DNA of 64,000 nt from Hyphomonadaceae bacterium (GCA_016791385.1 JAEUMR010000032.1:1153-65152); one strand, 5' to 3'. Shown: positions 48,386-59,524, counted from the stretch's first letter. Made by a program: numbers and translations. The notes: generated from the sequence alone by a model not told the origin.

Positions 48386-50415
48386 TCGGCCTTGAGCGCC
48401 GCCGCGCACGCAGCCTTGAAATCGTAGGCGACGAGCGTCGCGCAATCGGGCCAGTTGCGGGTTTCAAGCCAATATTGCGCGAGCCCTAGCCGTGCTGCGA
48501 GCGCAGGAAAACGCGGATGACGCCAGATTGGCTCGCCACCGTTGGAAACGAACAATTGCAGCGGCGACTGCGCCCGCGCCATGCCGAACGCCTCGTGATT
48601 GTCGGGCGTAAGCCCGCGCCCGGAATCGAGCGCTGCATTGATCACGTCGAACGCGCGTTCCGCGCAGCCGCGGCCCGCAGCCGCCAGTACGCTTGAGAGG
48701 GGGAGAGGCCCGTCCAGCGCGGCAAAGTGCGTGAGCATCCGCTCGCAGGCCTCTTTGCGCTGCGCCTCATCGAGCCGCAGCACGGCGATGTAGTTGCGCA
48801 GCACGCCAACGTCGCGTTCACTCACGCCGCGCTTGGGCGGCACGCCGGGCCGCGACAGCGCTTCAGCTTCGTCAAGCCGCCCCGCCGCACACAGCGAACT
48901 CCACATCACGTACCAGATGAACGCAGAATCCGGCCAACGCGCCCACGCAGCGCTGATAATTTCCAGCGCCGGCTCGATCTCGCCGCGCGCTGTCATCAGG
49001 CTGGCGCGCAATCCTTCCACGGCCGGCCCGAGCGGATCGAGACGGCTGGCGATTTCCAGCGCCGCCGCCGCATCGCGCAAACGCCCGACGCTGTAGAGCC
49101 AGGCCGAGCGGGCGACATGCAGTGACGCATCGTTCGGCGTGCGCTTCAGCGCCTCGTTGACGAGGCGAAGCTTCTCGGCGTGCTCGCCAAACGCCGGCTT
49201 GAGCAGCGACAACGCAGCGAACGCCTGCGCGCAGTCGGGATCGAGGTCGAGCGCGCGATTGGCGGCGGCGAGCGCCGCCTCGTGCTCGGGCGAACCGATC
49301 ATGTCGCGGTCGCGCGGCAGCAGGAACGCGCGCACGCTGGCAAGCGCGGCCCAACCCTGTGCGAAATCCGGCGCCAGGCCGACGCAGCGTTCAAGCAGGA
49401 TCGCGGCTTGGTCCTCCTCGGTGTCGTTGAGCATGAGCCATATCTGCCGCGCGCGCAGGTACAGCTCATAGGCAGCCGGGTCGATCGGCATCGCCGCGCG
49501 CTCGGACTGCACCAGCGACCGCCGCAGCGAAGCGGCCACCTTCGCCGCAATCTCGTCTTCCAGCGCGAACACGTTGCTGCGCTCGCCCTCGAACCGCTCG
49601 CTCCAAAGCGCCACGCCGGTGCGCGCGTCGATCAACTGGGCGCTGACACGCATGCGATCGCCGGCGCAGCGCACCGCGCCGTCGAGAATGTGCGTGGCGC
49701 CGAGCACGCCAGCCGCCTCCGCCTTGCGGTCGCCGCGAAATTGAAAAGCCGATATCCGCCCAATCACTTTGATCGAGCTCTGCCGCAACAGCGTCATGAT
49801 GATTTCGTCAGCGACGCCTTCGGAGAAATAGTCCATCTCCGCAAGGTCGCTTTCATTGTCGAACGGCAGCACCGCCAGCACCGGTTCGACCCGCTTGGCG
49901 CGCGGCTTGGCGGCGGCGACAGCTTCCAGCGTAAAGATGTCGATCGGCTCGCTCATCTTATCGAGATGGACAGCGCCCGCAGGATGCAGCCGCTGCGCCA
50001 GCTTGCCGCGTACCGCACGGCGCACATCCATCGACACCATCACCCCGCCCGGCGGCGCGAGTTGCTGCAAACGCGCCGCGACATTGACGCTGTGGCCGAG
50101 CAGATCGCCGGTGCCGGTGATCATCACGTCGCCGACATGCACCCCGACGCGCACATGCTTGCGCTCGACATTGCTCCACAAGCCCTCAGCAGCCGAAAGC
50201 GCGCCGGCCGCGGAGGCGAATTCGAGCATGAAGCCGTCGCCGGCGGTATTGAAGATGCGCCCGCCATGCGCCTGCACGACGACGTTGAGCAGATCGCGCA
50301 GACGCGTCACCAGCGCCAGCGCCTGCGCCTCGTCGGTTTCGGTCAGCGCCGAATAGCCGGCGACGTCGATCGACATGATCGCCGCGAGCTTCTTCGGGCC
50401 GAGTTCTTCCGTCAC
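48382..50415 (-). CDS. Class III nucleotide cyclase with TolB-like and TPR domains
   Basis: SIDVAGYS, TAGDG, GHSVNVAARLQ; LAVLPF..YFSEG..DEII; TPRs; GTG start inferred. Confidence 0.88.
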   Translation of the reverse strand: MTEELGPKKLAAIMSIDVAGYSALTETDEAQALALVTRLRDLLNVVVQAHGGRIFNTAGDGFMLEFASAAGALSAAEGLWSNVERKHVRVGVHVGDVMITGTGDLLGHSVNVAARLQQLAPPGGVMVSMDVRRAVRGKLAQRLHPAGAVHLDKMSEPIDIFTLEAVAAAKPRAKRVEPVLAVLPFDNESDLAEMDYFSEGVADEIIMTLLRQSSIKVIGRISAFQFRGDRKAEAAGVLGATHILDGAVRCAGDRMRVSAQLIDARTGVALWSERFEGERSNVFALEDEIAAKVAASLRRSLVQSERAAMPIDPAAYELYLRARQIWLMLNDTEEDQAAILLERCVGLAPDFAQGWAALASVRAFLLPRDRDMIGSPEHEAALAAANRALDLDPDCAQAFAALSLLKPAFGEHAEKLRLVNEALKRTPNDASLHVARSAWLYSVGRLRDAAAALEIASRLDPLGPAVEGLRASLMTARGEIEPALEIISAAWARWPDSAFIWYVMWSSLCAAGRLDEAEALSRPGVPPKRGVSERDVGVLRNYIAVLRLDEAQRKEACERMLTHFAALDGPLPLSSVLAAAGRGCAERAFDVINAALDSGRGLTPDNHEAFGMARAQSPLQLFVSNGGEPIWRHPRFPALAARLGLAQYWLETRNWPDCATLVAYDFKAACAAALKAD

Positions 50416-50465
50416 GCGAACCCCCGGGTGCGAGGGAGCGGCTCTAGCACATTCCTGAGCCGGGT

Positions 50466-50720
50466 TTAGCCCTGATCGCTCGGGGTGTCCTGGAAATAGG
50501 GCTCGACCTTGCCGTTGTACTTGATCGTCAGCTGCTTGCCGCGCCGGTCGAGCGTCTTGCCCACGGCAAGGCGGACCCAGCCTTCGCTGACGCAATATTC
50601 CTCAACGTTGGTCTTTTCGTTGCCGTTGAAGCGGATGCCGACGCCGCGCGCGAGCACGGCTTCGTTGTAGTGCGGGCTGTCAGGATCGACCGCGAGCCGG
50701 TCAGGCGGGGTGTCACTCAT
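50466..50720 (-). CDS. DUF3297 family protein
   Basis: PPDRL..P.SPHY...GIRFNG.EKTNVEEYCVSEGWVR. Confidence 0.9.
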   Translation of the reverse strand: MSDTPPDRLAVDPDSPHYNEAVLARGVGIRFNGNEKTNVEEYCVSEGWVRLAVGKTLDRRGKQLTIKYNGKVEPYFQDTPSDQG

Positions 50721-52219
50721 AGGATCTTCGTCTCCGCGGTCAGACCGAGCGTGCCCGCGGCAAAGTCGAGCCGGCGCTGTACTGTCTCGGTCAACAGATG
50801 GGCCAGGCCCTTCTTCACCCGAAGCAACAGCACTCCGTCAACTACGCTCAGCTGGAAAGAGGAGAGAAGCGCCTCGTTACGGCCCGACAAATCCGCGCCC
50901 AGGCGGAGCGCCGCCCCCACCGCGAGCGCCGCCGCCTGCTGATCCTCATCGAGCAGGCGGACATAGCCCGCCGGCGCATGGCGCGGCGGCGACTTGGTGT
51001 AGCGATGATGGATGGCTGCGGCCAGGAAGGCGCGTTCCTCGTGGCTGATCGCCGCGAGCGGGGCGCGCAGCACCATATCGAAGATGATCTCGACGCGCTG
51101 ATCGGGATGGAGCGGGCCGCCGATGTCGGCCAGACGCGCCGCGGCCCCGCGCAGCACCGCATCCCGCTTGGCGCTGAACACGGGCTTTGAGCGATCGAAC
51201 ATCGGCGCGATCCAGCTCTCCAGCAGCTTGCCAAATCCGCGGCCACGGGCAGTGCGGCCGGCGATCGCTTCCGCCGCCGCGATCAGCGGATGCTCCGCCA
51301 GCGTCTCTGGACTCATGCGCTCGATCAGCACGCCTTCGCGCAAACCGAAGGCGGACAGCACGACGCGATCGAATTGCCCTGCCTGCATCACGCGCTCGAG
51401 CACAGTGGCGGCGTAGGGCAAGGTCTCCGCCCGCTTCGCCGCCGCCTCTTCCAGGCGCTCCAGCGAGCGTTTGCTTTGCTTGCGCACGACATCGGCGACC
51501 TTGAGCACTTCGGCGCGGCTCATTTCGTGATGATGCAGCACGCCGAGCGGGTGATTGCGCAGCGCGATGTCGATGCGCCCAATGGCGCGCCAGGCGCCGC
51601 CGACCGCGTAGAAATCGCCGCCGCGCTTGCCCAGCACCGACGATTTCGCCAGCGCCTTCGTCACCTGCTCGCTCACGCGCGCATAGTCGAACTCGCCATC
51701 GGCGCGCGCCAGCGCCAGCGGACCGAGCGGAAATGTTTCGCCCTCGCCCGCGCCATCCGGGCTGATCTGAATGAGCTCCAAGCTGGCGCCGCCAAGATCG
51801 CCGACGACCCCCTTCGCATCCGGCGCCCCGCCGCTGACGCCCAGCGCGGACAAACGCGCTTCATCGCCGCCGCTGAGCACGCGCAGATCAAAACCGATCT
51901 CGCCCTTGATCCGCTCGACAAAGGCCGCGCCGTCCTTCGCCTCGCGCACCGCCGCTGTGGCGACGGGAAACACGCTCTTTACGCCCTGCGCGTCCAGCAG
52001 CGTTGCATAGCGCCGCAGCGCCCGCAGCGCCGCTTCGGCGCCGTCCTTTGAGAGCGTGCCGTTGCGCTGCAAATCGCGGCCGAGCCCAGCCATGACCTTT
52101 TCGTTCAACGTCGGCGTCATCGCGCGGCCATCGATGCGATAGACGACGAGACGCACGGAGTTAGAGCCGACGTCGATGACGGCGGCGTCCTCGCCGTCGC
52201 GAAGGAAACCGCCGTTCAC
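50717..52219 (-). CDS. ppx: Exopolyphosphatase Ppx/GppA
   Basis: IDVGSNSVRL, ATAAVREA, DLGGASLE, GLREG. Confidence 0.94.
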   Translation of the reverse strand: MNGGFLRDGEDAAVIDVGSNSVRLVVYRIDGRAMTPTLNEKVMAGLGRDLQRNGTLSKDGAEAALRALRRYATLLDAQGVKSVFPVATAAVREAKDGAAFVERIKGEIGFDLRVLSGGDEARLSALGVSGGAPDAKGVVGDLGGASLELIQISPDGAGEGETFPLGPLALARADGEFDYARVSEQVTKALAKSSVLGKRGGDFYAVGGAWRAIGRIDIALRNHPLGVLHHHEMSRAEVLKVADVVRKQSKRSLERLEEAAAKRAETLPYAATVLERVMQAGQFDRVVLSAFGLREGVLIERMSPETLAEHPLIAAAEAIAGRTARGRGFGKLLESWIAPMFDRSKPVFSAKRDAVLRGAAARLADIGGPLHPDQRVEIIFDMVLRAPLAAISHEERAFLAAAIHHRYTKSPPRHAPAGYVRLLDEDQQAAALAVGAALRLGADLSGRNEALLSSFQLSVVDGVLLLRVKKGLAHLLTETVQRRLDFAAGTLGLTAETKIL

Positions 52220-52234
52220 AGGCGCGAACCAGAA

Positions 52235-54433
52235 TTACGAACGGCGCGCGCCGATGTGATCGAACGCGGCAGGCGCGTTGCCTTTGCCCGAACGCCCGCG
52301 GCCCGAAAGGCTCGGGTTGCGCATGAAGTAATTATGCGCCGAGAACGGTTCGTCAGGCAGCTTGGAGACATCGACCCGCTTAAACACCCCATCCTGGTCC
52401 ATGTACCAGGATTGCGCCTCGTCATTGAGGTTCGCGACCATGATTTGGTCGAGAACTTGCTGGTGCACGGTCGGATTTTCAACCGGACACAAGACCTCAA
52501 CCCGCCGCTCCAGGTTTCGGGGCATCCAATCCGCCGACGAGATGAAGACCTTGGCCTTCGGGTTCGGCAGTTTCGCCCCGGCGCCGAAACAAACTATCCG
52601 GGCGTGTTCCAAGAAGCGGCCGACGATCGATTTGACGCGGATGTTCTCGCTCATGCCCGGGACGCCCGGCCGCAGGCAGCAGATGCCGCGCACGACGAGG
52701 TCGATCTGCACGCCCTCGTTCGAGGCACGGTAGAGCGCATCGATGATCTCGGGATGCACCAGGGCGTTGAGCTTGGCCCAGATGTAGCCGCCGCGGCCAG
52801 CTCGGGCGTGGCCGATCTCGTCCTCGATCAGCTGCAGCAGCGTCGCCTTCAGATTCACCGGCGACATCGCGATCTTCTCAAGCTCGTGCGGACGGGCGTA
52901 ACCGGTCACGAAATTGAACAGCTTGCCTGCATCGCGGCCGAGCGCGGGATCGCAGGTAAACAGCGATAGATCGGTGTAAACGCGCGCCGTGATCGGGTGA
53001 TAATTGCCCGTCCCGAAGTGCGTGTAGGTGCGCAGGCCATCCACTTCGCGCCGCACCACGAGGCTCACCTTTGAGTGGGTCTTGAAATCGATGAAGCCAT
53101 AGACGACCGAAGCGCCGGCGCGCTCCAGCATCTGCGCCAGTTTCAGGTTCGCTTCTTCGTCGAAGCGCGCCTTGATCTCGATCAGCGCAGTTACGTTCTT
53201 GCCCGCCTCCGCCGCCGCAACCAGCGCAGCGACAATCGGCGAATCCTTTGACGTGCGATAGAGCGTTTGCTTGATCGCGACCACTGCGGGATCAGCCGCC
53301 GCTTGGCGCACGAACTGCACCACCGAGTCGAACGACTCGAACGGATGGTGCACCAACATGTCCTTGGCGCGGATCGCGGCGAAAGAATCGCCGCCGAAAT
53401 CCTTGATGCGCTCGGGAAAGCGCGGCTCGTGGCGCGGGAATTTGAGATCGGGGCGGTCTTCCTGCACCAGCACCGAGAGCGCCGACAGGCCAAGCATGCC
53501 ATCGATAACGATGACGTCGCGCGGATCGGCTTCGAGTTCGTGAATGATGAAGGCGCGCAAATCCTCGGGCATGAGCGCTTCGATCTTCAAACGCACGATG
53601 TCGCCGAGGCGGCGTTCCTTCAGCCGCGCTTCGAACTCACGCACCAGATCTTCGGCTTCTTCCTGAATTTCGATGTCGCTGTCGCGCACGACGCGGAACG
53701 CGCCCTGCGATTCCACGACGTAGCCGGGGAACAGCTCGTCGATGAACATCATGATGGTGTTTTCGAGCGTCAGGAAGCGCCGCGGCGCGCGCTCGCCGGG
53801 CGTCTTCGCCTCGACCTGCGGTGTCACGTCGATGAACCGCGTCACCTGGCTGGGCACCGGGATCAGCGCGTTGAGGGCGCGTCCATCGCTCTTGCGCTTA
53901 AGCTTCAGCGCGATGGCGAAGCCGAGATTGGGAATGAACGGGAACGGGTGCGCCGGATCGACCGCGAGCGGCGTCAGCAGCGGGAACACCTGCGCCATGA
54001 AATATTGCGCCAGACGCTGGCGCTCGGCGTTGCTCAGTTCTTCCGGGTCGAGCACGAAAATGCCGGCCCCGCGCAGTTCAGCGCGCAGCGCCCGCCAGCG
54101 ATCCTGCTGACGCGCCATCAGCTGCGAGGCGGCTGCGTGCACCTGCACCAGCTGTTCGGTCGGGGTCAGCCCGTCGAGGCTGAGCACGGTGGCGCCCGCC
54201 TTCACCTGCTCATGCAGGCCGGCGACGCGCACCATGTAGAATTCGTCGAGGTTCGACGCCGAGATCGACAGAAACCGCAGCTGCTCCAGCAGCGGATGGT
54301 TCGGGTTCTCGGCCTCTTCCAGCACGCGCGTATTGAACGCGAGCCACGAGAGCTCGCGATTGAGGAAGCGCTTGGGGCTTTCCATCAGCGGCATGTTCTC
54401 TGCCGCAGCGCGCTTCTTGCGCGGCTTCGCCAT
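52235..54433 (-). CDS. ppk1: Polyphosphate kinase 1
   Basis: NRELSWL, HHPFESF, KARFDE, KTHSK, SSADWM. Confidence 0.97.
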   Translation of the reverse strand: MAKPRKKRAAAENMPLMESPKRFLNRELSWLAFNTRVLEEAENPNHPLLEQLRFLSISASNLDEFYMVRVAGLHEQVKAGATVLSLDGLTPTEQLVQVHAAASQLMARQQDRWRALRAELRGAGIFVLDPEELSNAERQRLAQYFMAQVFPLLTPLAVDPAHPFPFIPNLGFAIALKLKRKSDGRALNALIPVPSQVTRFIDVTPQVEAKTPGERAPRRFLTLENTIMMFIDELFPGYVVESQGAFRVVRDSDIEIQEEAEDLVREFEARLKERRLGDIVRLKIEALMPEDLRAFIIHELEADPRDVIVIDGMLGLSALSVLVQEDRPDLKFPRHEPRFPERIKDFGGDSFAAIRAKDMLVHHPFESFDSVVQFVRQAAADPAVVAIKQTLYRTSKDSPIVAALVAAAEAGKNVTALIEIKARFDEEANLKLAQMLERAGASVVYGFIDFKTHSKVSLVVRREVDGLRTYTHFGTGNYHPITARVYTDLSLFTCDPALGRDAGKLFNFVTGYARPHELEKIAMSPVNLKATLLQLIEDEIGHARAGRGGYIWAKLNALVHPEIIDALYRASNEGVQIDLVVRGICCLRPGVPGMSENIRVKSIVGRFLEHARIVCFGAGAKLPNPKAKVFISSADWMPRNLERRVEVLCPVENPTVHQQVLDQIMVANLNDEAQSWYMDQDGVFKRVDVSKLPDEPFSAHNYFMRNPSLSGRGRSGKGNAPAAFDHIGARRS

Positions 54434-54436
54434 CTG

Positions 54437-55126
54437 TTAACCGTCTCCCGTACCAGCCCACCCGGCCTCTGCTTTCAGCAGGGCTCGTTTTGCGCCCGCC
54501 AGCGAGACGGGACGCGCCCCCCGGACCAGGTCTGCGTCGAGCGCGGCGGCCCAGGCGCGGGCCGCGGCAAAGGTTCTCGGCAGCCTCTTCACGAGGTAGC
54601 GGACGGCATCATCGCTCAATTGAATGAATTGTTCGCGACAAATGCGGCGTAAAATCACCTCCATCAGCGCTTCGTCGGGCTCTCCCAGCCGCGCCACCGG
54701 CAAGGCGGCCAGCCGCGAGCGCAAGTCGGGGATCGCCACAGTCCATGCCGAGGGCGACGTGGCGCTCACCAGCAGCACCGCCCCGCCATCGCTCCGGGCC
54801 AGGTCCAGGACCCGCCAGAGCATGGCCTCGTCCCGCTCGCCGTCGGCGTCGTCGATGACCAGGCGCCCGCCCGAGGCGCGGTAGATTTCCACAGCGTCGT
54901 CGGGGGCCGCGAGGGGAGAGGCCTGCCGCGCCCCGGCCTCCAGGGCCCAGGCCAAGGCGATATGAGTCTTGCCCGAGCCCTTCGGCCCCGTCAGCGCCAG
55001 CGCCCCGCCGGGCCAGGCGCGCCAACCCGTCAGCAGCTTGGCGGCGTCACGGTTGGCCCCGGCGACGACCAGCGTCTCGGGCGACCGCTCGCCCATGCGG
55101 AACTCGAACAGCCGCGGCTGATGCAT
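54437..55126 (-). CDS. hdaA: DnaA regulatory inactivator HdaA
   Basis: QPRLF clamp-binding motif, GPKGSGKTH, PDLRSRL; position near purM. Confidence 0.88.
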   Translation of the reverse strand: MHQPRLFEFRMGERSPETLVVAGANRDAAKLLTGWRAWPGGALALTGPKGSGKTHIALAWALEAGARQASPLAAPDDAVEIYRASGGRLVIDDADGERDEAMLWRVLDLARSDGGAVLLVSATSPSAWTVAIPDLRSRLAALPVARLGEPDEALMEVILRRICREQFIQLSDDAVRYLVKRLPRTFAAARAWAAALDADLVRGARPVSLAGAKRALLKAEAGWAGTGDG

Positions 55127-55137
55127 CTCGGCGATGC

Positions 55138-56226
55138 TTATCTCCCTGCGGGCGCGACGCGCAGCGTCGGTCCCATCGGGCCGTTCTCGAGCCGGACGCC
55201 GCGGCGGTTAAGTTCCGCCGAAAGCTGGTTCTGGTCGCCGACGAATGAGAACGACACCAGCGCGCCTTCACGGCCGACCGCCTCGATGCGGATTTCCGAG
55301 ATCAGCGTCTGCGCCGCGCCTTCGAGCGCTTCCTTGATGTGCTCCCATTGCGCCTGGTCGCTGTAGAGCGCGGAGGCGGCGATGCGGCCGCCTTGGGCGG
55401 CGACTGTTGTCGAGCCGCCGCTGCGCGAGGCCTTGTATTCGTTCTGCAGCTGTTGGCTGGCTTGATCGGCGAGCGAGGCGAGCGCGGCGCGCAGCGAAGC
55501 CGCGTCCGTTCCCGCCAGCCGCGCGCTGACCTGGCCGCGATCGCGTTGAGCCGCCGCGCTCACTTCCACCAGCGACGCCGTCGCCGTCGAGCCCTGCAGC
55601 CGCAGCGTGGCGTAGATCGCCGAAGCCGCCGCCGCCGTGCGCGCGAAGGGCGCGGCGGTTTGCCAAGCCGGCGCACCCTGCAATTCAGCCGGCGCGACAG
55701 CGAGCGGCACCAGTTCGCCGCCAAAGCCGCCGCCTTCCCAGACGGTGCGCCACAAAGCGGCGGCATCGTCGGCAGTCCCGTCCGCAGCTAACGGCGCCAC
55801 AAGCACCGGCGCCGTGCGCGCATCGATTACTGTGAGGCCGCGCTGGCTCAGCACCGCGCGCACAGCCGCTGGATCGAAGCGCACGCTGAGGCGGCCGATA
55901 TAGCGGGTGGCTGAGCGGCGCTCTTCCTCGACGTCGACGCTCAGCACCAGCCGATCGAGCGCTGCGCCATCCAGCGTCGGCGCCCCGCCGCGCGCGGTGA
56001 GTTCGTCGGCGCGGGTGATGCGGCGCGCCAGCCGCTCGAAACCAGCCCGCTGGGCGGCGGCAAAGCCGGCCTGCTGGGCGGCGGCGGCGTTGGCGGCGGT
56101 TTCGTCCACATAGACGCCTGACACGGCGTAAACGTCGCGCGATTGAGCGCTTGCGAGGCCGGGCGCAAGCGAGCACAAGGCCGCCAGAAACAGCGCTGTG
56201 ATGGCGGCCAAGGGCGTGGCTTTCAT
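55138..56226 (-). CDS. Exported protein, DUF2066-like
   Basis: Signal peptide, [15 protein letters not shown]...YIGRLSVRF; divergent from purM. Confidence 0.75.
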   Translation of the reverse strand: MKATPLAAITALFLAALCSLAPGLASAQSRDVYAVSGVYVDETAANAAAAQQAGFAAAQRAGFERLARRITRADELTARGGAPTLDGAALDRLVLSVDVEEERRSATRYIGRLSVRFDPAAVRAVLSQRGLTVIDARTAPVLVAPLAADGTADDAAALWRTVWEGGGFGGELVPLAVAPAELQGAPAWQTAAPFARTAAAASAIYATLRLQGSTATASLVEVSAAAQRDRGQVSARLAGTDAASLRAALASLADQASQQLQNEYKASRSGGSTTVAAQGGRIAASALYSDQAQWEHIKEALEGAAQTLISEIRIEAVGREGALVSFSFVGDQNQLSAELNRRGVRLENGPMGPTLRVAPAGR

Positions 56227-56307
56227 TACGGTACCTCTTTACGCGCGGCGGGTGAGCCTACCCGGCGCGGAATCGCCTATCAATGTGGCGGCTTCTGGAC
56301 TCGACGC

Positions 56308-57339
56308 GTGAGCAAATCCACTGCACCCAACGGACTGACCTATCGCGACGCTGGCGTCGATATCGACGAAGGCGAGCGTCTTGTCGACCTGATCAAACCG
56401 GCGGCGAAATCCACAGCCCGCCCTGGCGCCGAGGCGGCGCTGGGCGGCTTCGCGGCGGTGTTCGACCCCAAGGCGGCCGGTTTCAAGGACCCGATCTTCC
56501 TGGCCACCACCGATGGCGTCGGCACCAAGCTCAAGATCGCCATCGAGAGCGGCCGGCACGAAACGGTCGGCATCGACCTTGTCGCCATGTGCGTGAACGA
56601 TTTGTCCGCCCAGGGCGCCGAGCCGCTGATGTTCCTCGACTATTACGCCACCGGCAAACTCAATGCCGATGAGGCGGCCAAGGTCGTGGGCGGCATCGCC
56701 GAAGGCTGCCGCCAGGCGGGCGCGGCGCTCGCCGGCGGCGAGACCGCGGAAATGCCCGGCATGTACGGCAAGGGCGATTACGACCTCGCCGGCTTCGCCA
56801 TTGGCGCAGCCGAACGCGGCACGCTGCTGCCGCGGGTCGACGAGATGAAGCCGGGCGATGCAATCATCGGCATCGCCTCCAGCGGCCCGCACTCGAACGG
56901 CTATTCGCTGGTGCGCAAAGTGGTTGAGCGCGCCGGCCTTGGCTGGGATGCGCCCGCACCGTTCGCGGAGGGCAAGAGCCTCGCCGAAGCGCTGCTGACG
57001 CCGACGCGCATCTACGCCAAGGCGCTGAAGCCCGTGTTCGACGCCAAGTTCGCCAAGGGCGCCGCGCACATCACCGGCGGCGGACTGGTTGAAAACACGC
57101 CGCGCGCATTGCCCGACCACCTCGCCGCCGAGTTCAACTGGAACGCCTGGCAGCGCCCTGCCGTGTTCGCGTGGCTGCAAACGGCGGGCGGCGTGCCTGA
57201 AGAGGACATGCGCCGCACCTTCAATCTCGGCGTCGGCATGATCCTGATCGCCGATCCGGCCCGCGCCGGGGACGTGATCACCATGCTCACCGCCGGCGGC
57301 GAGAGCGCCTTCCAGATCGGCGTCCTGAAAGCGGCATGA
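56308..57339 (+). CDS. purM: Phosphoribosylformylglycinamidine cyclo-ligase
   Basis: [38 protein letters not shown]. Confidence 0.97.
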   Translation: MSKSTAPNGLTYRDAGVDIDEGERLVDLIKPAAKSTARPGAEAALGGFAAVFDPKAAGFKDPIFLATTDGVGTKLKIAIESGRHETVGIDLVAMCVNDLSAQGAEPLMFLDYYATGKLNADEAAKVVGGIAEGCRQAGAALAGGETAEMPGMYGKGDYDLAGFAIGAAERGTLLPRVDEMKPGDAIIGIASSGPHSNGYSLVRKVVERAGLGWDAPAPFAEGKSLAEALLTPTRIYAKALKPVFDAKFAKGAAHITGGGLVENTPRALPDHLAAEFNWNAWQRPAVFAWLQTAGGVPEEDMRRTFNLGVGMILIADPARAGDVITMLTAGGESAFQIGVLKAA

Positions 57340-57346
57340 AACACGA

Positions 57347-57448
57347 CCGTCATCCCGGACGCGCGGAGCGCGATCCGGGACCCAGGGGCAAACGCGGCGG
57401 CCATGGCCTCTGGGTCCCGGCTCTCCCTTCGGTCGGCCGGGATGACAG
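57347..57448 (+). repeat. CGTC-type palindromic (cruciform, MITE/REPIN-like) repeat, copy 1
   Basis: GTCATCCCGG...CCGGGATGAC termini with three internal hairpins, between purM and purN. Confidence 0.85.
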
Positions 57449-57468
57449 TGTGATGTGTTTGGTGGCGC

Positions 57469-58044
57469 ATGACTAAAAAACGCGTCGCCGTTCTCATTTC
57501 CGGCCGCGGCTCGAACCTGCAAGCGCTGATGGACGCGCAGCAGGACGTTTACGAGATCGTGCTGGTGGTTTCGAACGTGCCTGGCGTTGCGGGGCTTGAA
57601 CGCGCGCGCGCGGCGGGCATCGAAGCGATCGCGCTCGATCACAAGCCGTACGGCAAGAACCGCGAAGCGTTCGAGCGCGATCTCGATGCGCTGCTGATCG
57701 AGCGCAGAATCGAACTCGTCGCCCTCGCCGGATTCATGCGCGTGTTAACGCCCTATTTCGTGCGCGCCTGGGCCGGACGCCTGATCAACATCCATCCCTC
57801 GCTGCTGCCGAAGCACCCGGGCGTAAACACGCATGCGCGCGCACTGGAAGCGGGCGATGCCGAACACGGCTGCACGGTTCACTTGGTGGTCGAGGAAGTC
57901 GACGCCGGCGAGATCATCGGCCAGGCGCAGACGCCAATCCTGCCCGGCGATACGCCGGAGACGCTGGCAAACCGCGTGCTGGAACTGGAACACGCCCTCT
58001 ATCCGCGCTGCCTCGCGAACTTCGCGCGCACGCTGGCTGCGTGA
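57469..58044 (+). CDS. purN: Phosphoribosylglycinamide formyltransferase
   Basis: ISGRGSNL, LAGFMR, NIHPSLLP, GCTVH. Confidence 0.97.
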   Translation: MTKKRVAVLISGRGSNLQALMDAQQDVYEIVLVVSNVPGVAGLERARAAGIEAIALDHKPYGKNREAFERDLDALLIERRIELVALAGFMRVLTPYFVRAWAGRLINIHPSLLPKHPGVNTHARALEAGDAEHGCTVHLVVEEVDAGEIIGQAQTPILPGDTPETLANRVLELEHALYPRCLANFARTLAA

Positions 58045-58099
58045 TGGCGGATGGTCTGCTTTTCACCGGGAGCGGACATAGATCATCGTCGTGGACCGC

Positions 58100-59362
58100 T
58101 CAGCTGGGTGCCACTCTGTGTGGCTGCGAGGCGGCGGCCGGCATCAACGGATCGTTTGGCACAGTCGGCTGAATTGAAGAGGCGTTCGCCGTCAACTCAG
58201 ACACCCGTACCCCAAACGTCAGTTCACCCCGGTCGTACACCTCCAGAGTGTCTTGATTGTCCCACAGCTCGTTTGCAGGTAGCACGCCCCTTCGAAGGTT
58301 TCGGCTGACAACCTGAGCGAACCGCACTCCATCCGCCGAGATGTCAGAGCCGCCAGTGCGACCGCCTCCATCAGGCAGACTTGGGGCCACAAATCGCTCA
58401 CCAGCTCCTTGCGCGTCGTATGCAATGTAGCCGTGAAGAAGTTCACGCGTCGGTCGCTGGGGCATGCCCCTCTCGTCATACCAATCGCTGGCATTCGCGT
58501 TGTTCAGCGACACAAATGCGATGACGCGTCCGTCGTTCGTGGGGCGCATGCCCCGTGCGCCCTGGTGCGCACCACTTGCGGGAAACGGTGTGGGCCAGGC
58601 AGGCAACGTCTCGCCGGGCGCGACTCTAAACGAAGCGACCCCACGAATCTCGCGAGCCCACTGCCAGGACCACCGATTTTTCTCGTCGCCGTCGCCCCAA
58701 TAGTGCGATGTACGTCCATCGGGCCGCGTTAGCGCCCGGATAAACACGGGTTCGAACGTGCCTCCGAGAAAGAGTGCACCAGTTCGGTCATAGAAGAGAC
58801 TGGGTGGGAAACTCACCTGTCCCTCCGATCGTCTCGTTGCTCGTCCGTCAGAGACCGAACGTTCAAAGAGCGCGTAAGCCATTCGAGTAGATGTACTGTA
58901 TGGCGGATCACCGAGCAGCACGCCTTCAAATGCCGCGAGCATGTTTCCATCAGCAGATAGGACCGGGTGACGGACATGCGGTATGCTCGCCAGCAATACT
59001 AACGGTGATGGATCGCGTGGCCGCAAACGCCAAACGCTTGATCCCTCACCGCCGAATACGCCGCCCGCACCTGTTACGAAGGTGAGTTCGTCGCCATCAG
59101 GCGACCACGCCAGGTCTCGGATATCCGTATGTCCCGACGGCGCTCGAACAATGTAGGCACGCCTGGTCTCGGCATCGAAGAGCACGAACTGCGTTGCGGG
59201 CGAGCCCAGGAGCGTGAAAGCTACGAATGCGCCGTCAGGGGACATCGCCATGTCGCCTACGCCATGGCAAGAATCGACACGGGGACATGGATATGCTTGC
59301 GCCAGCACCGGGTTCGGACAAGCCAATAGCCATAAGGTGAAGGCGAAGATCAGTCGCAGCAT
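58100..59362 (-). CDS. Exported hypothetical protein with TolB/PD40-like beta-propeller repeats
   Basis: Signal peptide, MSPDG/WSPDG/LSADG/ISADG repeats; atypical codon usage. Confidence 0.65.
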   Translation of the reverse strand: MLRLIFAFTLWLLACPNPVLAQAYPCPRVDSCHGVGDMAMSPDGAFVAFTLLGSPATQFVLFDAETRRAYIVRAPSGHTDIRDLAWSPDGDELTFVTGAGGVFGGEGSSVWRLRPRDPSPLVLLASIPHVRHPVLSADGNMLAAFEGVLLGDPPYSTSTRMAYALFERSVSDGRATRRSEGQVSFPPSLFYDRTGALFLGGTFEPVFIRALTRPDGRTSHYWGDGDEKNRWSWQWAREIRGVASFRVAPGETLPAWPTPFPASGAHQGARGMRPTNDGRVIAFVSLNNANASDWYDERGMPQRPTRELLHGYIAYDAQGAGERFVAPSLPDGGGRTGGSDISADGVRFAQVVSRNLRRGVLPANELWDNQDTLEVYDRGELTFGVRVSELTANASSIQPTVPNDPLMPAAASQPHRVAPS

Positions 59363-59418
59363 GCCGCGTAGCCTAACCGCTTTTCGCGGTGTTCGCATTG
59401 GGCCAAGAACCGAAATCT

Positions 59419-59524
59419 CCGTCATTCCGGGGCTCGCGGAGCGAGAGCCCGGAACCCAGGGGCAACCCGCATGTCGTTTGCCCCTGGATTCCGGGCCGCG
59501 CCTCCGGCGCGTCCGGAATGACGG
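59419..59524 (-). repeat. CGTC-type palindromic repeat, copy 2 (inverted relative to copy 1)
   Basis: CCGTCATTCCGG...CCGGAATGACGG; reverse complement aligns with 57347-57448 (GGACGCGC, CCAGGGGCAAACG). Confidence 0.85.

Noticed and set aside
6262-54652. Many long antisense ORFs (e.g. 6262-7506, 20942-22408, 41736-43298, 46976-48445, 53267-54652)
   Set aside because: Expected shadows of GC-rich coding sequence; no motifs, and each overlaps a well-supported gene.
57347-59524. CRISPR array or composite transposon
   Set aside because: Only two diverged ~100-bp palindromes, with no spacers, cas genes, transposase or evident target-site duplication.
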